NCBI GenBank assembly: GCA_027923505.1
Contig: BROI01000011.1
Span: 186,001-250,000, forward strand
DNA from: Mayamaea pseudoterrestris
Lineage: Eukaryota
Direction of reading: 5' to 3'
DNA length: 64,000 bases
In this document: positions 57,983 through 64,000 of the stretch, one piece after another
Layout of the letters: every line of letters begins with the position of its first letter
How positions within the stretch are numbered: position 1 is the stretch's first letter
The notes under the pieces: model-generated
Seen by the model: the letters and a program-made list of their open reading frames with translations, nothing else
Database searches by the model: none
What the model was told of the DNA's origin: nothing
Made by a program: the position numbers and the translations under genes

Positions 57983-58700
57983 TAGCAGCCTTTTCCAATT
58001 GCTCCATACTGTTAGGTGCCGGCGAGTGTCCGAGAGCAGCGGCATGAGCCGCCGCCGTCGAATCGTTGCTGTCATCGTCCGACGAGTCGTCGTCCTCGCC
58101 GTGACGTTCCTTGGCGTGATGGCGAGGAACAGACGTTACGACAGCACCGTGGCTTGCGTCTGTCACTGGGACGGGCAGAAACAAGAGTTTCTGTAGGTTT
58201 TGAAGAGATGAAGAAGGAGGTGAATGAGTTAGTGATACGATGCTAGAAATGCAGCAAGGAACAATTCGCATCGTCCAAGTCGAAAAATGACACAATGCGG
58301 TATTGAAAACGCTTCGACCGCGCGGCGCGCCTCGTGTCCAACCAACCGTGGCTTACCTTGAGCGCTTCAATGTCTTCAAATTCACAGCAGTCATGGATTG
58401 GAAATCGCTTTACTTCGTTATCTTGCTGATTGGCGTCGACGTAATCGTAATCGTCATCGTCTGATTCGGACGAGCTGCTCATGGTGACAGATTTTAAATT
58501 GTGTGGTGCAAATTGGCTGCGAACGAAAATGGGCGCCGGATTCCGTCGCTTGGAGGGAGTCGTCCATTTCAGTCGCGGTACGACGTTTTCAAAATACTCG
58601 ATAAATTTAGCCATTTCCAGCGCAAGAGTAATCTTGGCGCGACCCGATCAACGGTTTTTCGCGATGATGCCATCATCGTCGCAATCAAGCATCGAACAGG
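57983..58700 (-). repeat. Direct tandem duplicate of 57260-57982 (HDAC upstream region, exon 1, intron 1 and start of exon 2)
   Basis: Near-identical ~720 bp copies with scattered substitutions and indels. A second ATG (MSSSSESDDDD) lies at 58482 with splice sites retained at 58356 and 58191. Confidence 0.97.
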
Positions 58701-58804
58701 AAGCGCAAAACCATCACAAGACGCAAGCATTTTTACTGGTACAACGTCTCCCTTCTCTATTTAAATAGTAAAGAAAATACGATTTCAATCAAGACTTGCT
58801 TGGC

Positions 58805-61800
58805 ATGAAGCGGACGCCAAAGAAAGCAATGTCTTCACCTCGTCGAGACGCAACAACGACACCTCGTCGTCCGCCTCGCACCCCAGCAACGGGACGAACG
58901 CCACTCAAGGAGGAGACGCCCACGAAGGAAGAAGCGATGGAAAAGAGCAGCGTTGCGGGTGAAGAGAATGTATTAGGTAAGTAAGAGGATAAAATTGCGA
59001 GCAAATCTAATTTAAAACGACAAATTTCTCATCAATCGTCACTTTCGATATTCTTTGACAGTCGCCATTCGTATGCGCCCGCTCAACACCAAGGAGGACA
59101 AGGGTAACTCAATATGGAGAGTCATTCCAAAGCACATGGTGGTCGCGCAGACGACGACCGACGGCAAGCCGCTGGCCGAACGCGAGAAGGTTTGGGGTCG
59201 AAACATGTTTCAGTTTGACAAAACGTTTGACGGAAGCGCGTCCACCAAGGAAGTATACGGAGCAGCAGCTAAAGACATTGTCAAATCAACAATCAACGGA
59301 TTGAATGGAACAGTCTTTGCGTATGGTCAGACGAGTTCGGGTAAAACATTTACAATGCAGGGATCTGGAAGCATTGCGGAAGGGTCCGTCGACGAGCAGG
59401 GAGGCATTGTACATTTGGCAGTGGCTGATATTTTCAAACACATTCGCGAGACGACTGATCGCGAGTTTTGGGTGCGAGCAAGCTTTTTGGAGATTTACAA
59501 TGAGGAGGTTCGCGATTTGCTTGCTGCAGACACCAAAACACTCCAAATTCGCGAAGATCCACGTCGCGGAGTCTTTGTCGAGGCGGAGGAGGAGTTTGTC
59601 ACGGACTTTGACAGTTTACTCGCACTTCTGGCCAAGGGAGAAAAGTCACGACAATTCGCAGCAACTGCCATGAATGAACGATCGTCTCGTAGTCATACAA
59701 TCTTTCGAATTACCATTGAGAGCCGCGAAACAAATAATGCAGGCGAAATTACAGAAGGCATCGACGAGGAGGAGGATGGCGTCGAGGAAAGCAAAGGCGC
59801 CATGAGAGTCTCTACTTTGAATCTGGTGGACTTGGCCGGTTCCGAAAGTGTACGATTAACCGGAGCGATCGGAAAACGCCAGAAGGAGGGAGGAATGATT
59901 AATCAAAGGTACGTCGTTGTGAACGCAAGTCCTTATCATTTGACTGAAACACTTGCTCACTCCACCAAACTGTTGTCTGCTCTTATAGTCTACTGGCACT
60001 ATCTCAAGTCATTGCTGCTCTTGGCGATCAAACGCAGTCTCATGTTAACTTTCGCGATTCCAAGCTGACCCGAATTCTCCAGCCATCACTGTCTGGTAAT
60101 GCTCGATTAGCAATTGTCTGCTGTGCAACCCCGTCCGACCTCTACTTGGAAGAGACGCGATCTACACTTCTGTTTGCAACGCGTGCGAAACTCGTCAAGA
60201 CGCGGGCTCAAGTTAACGTTGTACACGATGACCGTTCACTCATTCGACAGCTGCGCAAGGAGCTTGCCGAAGCACGCCGCTACGGTGGCGGACCGGGCGG
60301 AGAAGTTGTGCGCGAACTGGAACACAAGGCTGCTCTCGCAGGAACGGAAGCCAAGAAACAGGAAGATATTGTCCGTCGCTTGAAAGCGTCCATTTTGAGC
60401 GGCAAAACAACCTTCCAATCAGTGCTAGCGACGCCATCTGCAAATGCAGACTTGAATCGCAAACGCCGAATCTCCATATGTGACTCACAGCTCGCGACGC
60501 GCCTAGTAATTGACAGCCACCAAGTGCATCCGATACTTCCCAGTACCCTGCCTCGCATGAAAAAGAACAAGGCAGAGGAGCCTCATCAGCTTCTTCCGTC
60601 TCGTGAATTGGACTTGCTTCGTAACGCTTTATCGGTCAAGAACATTTGCGTTACCGATCTTCAAACTTCACTTCAAGAGGCGCTTTCTACCTTGGCTCAG
60701 CGGGAAGACGAAATTGTACGCTTGACAAATCTCAATCAGCTTTTGCACGTGGAAAATGATGAAGCACGCTCAGAGTCGGTCCGCTTGGTGGAGCTGAACA
60801 ATAAACTGAACGACGAACTACAGCAGGAGACTGCGTCGCATGGGATGTACGTCGCGGAGAAACAAGCCGAGGCTGATGGATTTGTCTCAAAGATCAACGA
60901 TCTGACAGGCGAGAACTCTGCACTCTCCAGCAAGTCGATCGAGATCGAACAGAAATGCCAAAAACTGGCAGCGGAACTCGAGTCCTCGTCCTCGGCCAGT
61001 CAAGCCCAGTTGAAACAGTTTGAGGCAGAAAAAGAATCCTTACTGCAAGAGATTGCCGACTATCAATCGACACAGAAGGATCTTGTCGCAGTGAAAGAAT
61101 CGTTGGAAGGGCAAGTTGCTGCAATGCAGGATAACGTTAATGAACTGGAGACACAGCGCGCTGAATTACTGACCAATACTGCGGCATTAGCTGTCAACAT
61201 TTCAGATCTAGAAAAATCAGTTTCCGAGGCTGCACAGCAGCTTGACATTGTGGCGGCTGACCGAGATGCTGTCGCTCAAAGCTTAGACTCATCCAAAGCA
61301 CAATTGATGCTAGAGCAAGAGCGGGTGGCAACACTTGAATTGGAACTTGCCACACGACAGGGACAACACGAAGATGCCAAAGCATCCTTTCAACGCCAGA
61401 ATGATTCAGACCGGACAAAGATTGTTGAGCTTGAGGACTCAGTTGTACGCATGCAGAGTCTTGTCAATGACCATGTTGTATCCATCGGGTCGATGATGAA
61501 GGAAATTACCGACGCGGAAGCCCAAAAGAAGCTGCAGCTAGACAATTTAGCAGAACTTGAGGCTAAATTGCTTCAATTGCAGCAGGAGAATCATGGCTTT
61601 CGCGAGAGAATCAAGCTTGTACAGACAAACGCGGAGCAGTCGATGTATGCTTGGAACACCTACAAAGTTGAAGCAGATAGAAAAGTTACGTCACTGCAAG
61701 ACACGAACCGGCTGTTGGCGGAAGAAAATACACGCAATCTTGACTCAGTTCGAACACAATACGAAGAGTCTCAGCAACAGCTCGTCTTAACGCAAGAGTT

Positions 61801-64000
61801 GTTAGCGGCAGAGCAAGAGAGACTTACTCAATTGACAAACGCGTTCGAGTCTTACAAGGCTTCCGCGGAACTAGAAATGAACAATCAACTTGAAAGAACA
61901 AACGAAAAGGATGCGGGCATCGCCGCGTTGACGATTCGCCTTGATGAATTGTCAGTGGTTTTTGATGAAACGAAATACCAACTCATTGAAGCTCAAAAGC
62001 AGCTGGTGTTGACGGAGGACTCTATGGAGGAAAAGGCCAGTGAACTTGTTTTACACCAAAACGAAATTGCTCGTTTGACAACAGAAGTTGAGAGCTTTGC
62101 GACGAATCTCCAAGAGGCGATAACAGCAAAGGCGGCCTTGGAAAGCGAACTGCAAGAGACTATCAGCAACCGGCAAGCTTGCCAACACCAGCTATCAGTA
62201 ATCACTTTAGAACGAGATAAACTCAGTCAAACAACAACCATGCAACAAGAGCTTATCTCGGCGTTGGAAGAAAAGTTGAGCAATCTTTTGCATGTGCAGG
62301 AACAGCTTGCATTGACTCAGACGACACTCGTTAAAACAGAGGAGCAGCTTAACACGGAATACGAGCATATTGTCCGTCTTACCTCAGAGGTCGAGACACT
62401 CACGGCCAATCTTCAAGCGACCGTCGCAGCTCAAAACAAAGTGGAATTTGAACTGCTTGGCAGTCAGCAAGAATGTATATCCATATCGTCAAAACACGAT
62501 GATCTGTTGAAAGCATATGATGAACTCCAAGAGGCTGCGTCGTCACTGGAAGCACAAGTCGAAAACAGCAACCGAGACATTTCCTCACTCGCCAGTTTGC
62601 TGACTGATCTAGAAGTTAAGCATCAAGCACTGGAAATAGTCCACAAAGACGCACTCTGCGATCTTGATACTATTCAGAAAAGAGAGGAGAAGCTTATTAT
62701 GGAACGCGATGAACTATTAGGCAGTGTGGCAAAATTAATTTCAGATTCGTCACATACGCAGGCGGAATTGCAGGATGCGCGCGCTAACATCGAGTCACTG
62801 TCGGGCGATATTCGAACTAAAGACGAAGAGCTTGCTTCTGCGTCAGCCCAGCTTCTCGAGAAAGAACAAGCCGCCGCCGACCAGAACGACGAGCTACTCA
62901 AGACGCATGACTTGCTGGAATCCCTTGAGATTCAGCGCTCGGACGCTTTGCAACGAGTGAGTGACCTCGAAGATGAATTGCTGAGTAAGACAACCATGCT
63001 ATCAGACGAAAACACAGCAATGCATCATGAACTGAAAGAGAAGGACCGCTGCATCGCATTGCTGGAGAACACAGTTCAGCAACTCACCGAGTCTAGTAAC
63101 GACGCAACCGAGATAAAAGAACAATTAGCTAACTATGAAGCCGAACTAGAGCGCCTCAGACGCGAAAGTTGTGCAATGGCAGCGACGTTGATAGCGAGCC
63201 AATCAAGCGCCAAAGATGCACAAAGCAAGTCAGAATTAAAGGAGCATGAGCTCAGCAACGCACTTAGCTTGATAAATGAGCAAGAGGAAGAGATCTGCAA
63301 ATTGAAGGGCATTCCGTCTCATGCGGCAGAGCTAGCAGAAGCGCAGGAGAAATTGGCCAGTCTCAACGAAGTACTACGCGTTGAGAGGGAAGAGCGAGCT
63401 CTTGTTATGGCCAAAGCAATGGGTGAAGCAGAAAGCAACACTCAGCAGCTTCGCTCACGAGTGAGTCATTTAGAGAACGAAATCCGCCGCCTTGAAACTA
63501 AGGAAGCCTCCGCGCATGAGCTCACTAAGATGTCAGCACACCGCGAGAGCGCGCTTGAAAGTCAGGTCGAGGAACTGCAGGAAACGAAAAAGCGAGAAGT
63601 CGAAGCTCGGATCCAGCTCAACGGCACAGTTTTAGCCTTGCGCAATGAAATTGACCGAATCAAGAAGTCTGCCGATTCCGCCCAGCGATCTCTGGAGTCC
63701 ACATACAGAAGCCAACTTTTAAAGCTAAAGGAAGAACACCAAACAATGCTACGACGGTTAAAAGCTCGAGATGATGATTTCGATCATCTTTCCAAAATGC
63801 ATTCCTTGACCGATGAAAAACTTAACAATCTGAAGAAGCTGGAAGCAGAGCATCTCAAACTTCAGGAGTCTTTCGATGCGTTGAAGTCACAACTTCACGC
63901 CGAGTCCGAGCGAGCCCTTAAAAGCGAGACTGCTATGGCGGAGGCTGCGAAACTACGACATCATCTTTCCGAGCTCCAGCAATCAGCCGCGGAAAAAGAC
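58805..64000 (+). CDS. N-terminal-motor kinesin, kinesin-7/CENP-E-like, 3'-partial; exons 58805-58976, 59062-59908, 59989->64000
   Basis: VAIRMRP, P-loop GQTSSGKT, NERSSRSH, LVDLAGSE and HVNFRDSKLTRILQPSLSGN. More than 1200 codons of coiled-coil-like sequence follow, and the frame is maintained to the window end. Confidence 0.92.

Noticed and set aside
54507..58295. ORF-track 1262 aa protein taken at face value
   Set aside because: It starts inside the intron of the duplicated copy and reads through a 174-nt in-frame intron. The real starts are the ATGs at 57764 and/or 58482.

Overview
This is gene-dense eukaryotic nuclear DNA, very probably a diatom or related photosynthetic stramenopile. 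The evidence is short GT-AG introns, bipartite signal + Phe-starting plastid presequences, a homomeric plastid ACCase and diatom-style LRR and PPR proteins. The first ~2.8 kb is a CpG-poor satellite block: a 342-344 bp array built from ~170 bp half-repeats, nested in a 162-163 bp array. About 24 genes follow, in order: an acidic mucin-like membrane protein, a PPR protein, myo-inositol dehydrogenase, cytochrome b561, a DUF1289-like protein, a CDF metal transporter, a second mucin-like membrane protein, a cis-prenyltransferase, a DoxX-like protein, a head-to-head pair of secreted LRR proteins, four paralogous cytochrome P450s enclosing a TauE/SafE-family transporter, a P5-type ATPase, a TRF4/TENT4-like nucleotidyltransferase, a hypothetical protein, USB1, ALG2, ACCase, an ankyrin-repeat HDAC with an in-frame tandem duplication of its 5' end, and a CENP-E-like kinesin running off the window. 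The best leads are the P450x4 + TauE cluster (one copy has a stop codon formed across a splice junction), the in-frame HDAC 5' duplication and the hierarchical satellite. Exon boundaries were placed by eye and no database searches were run.
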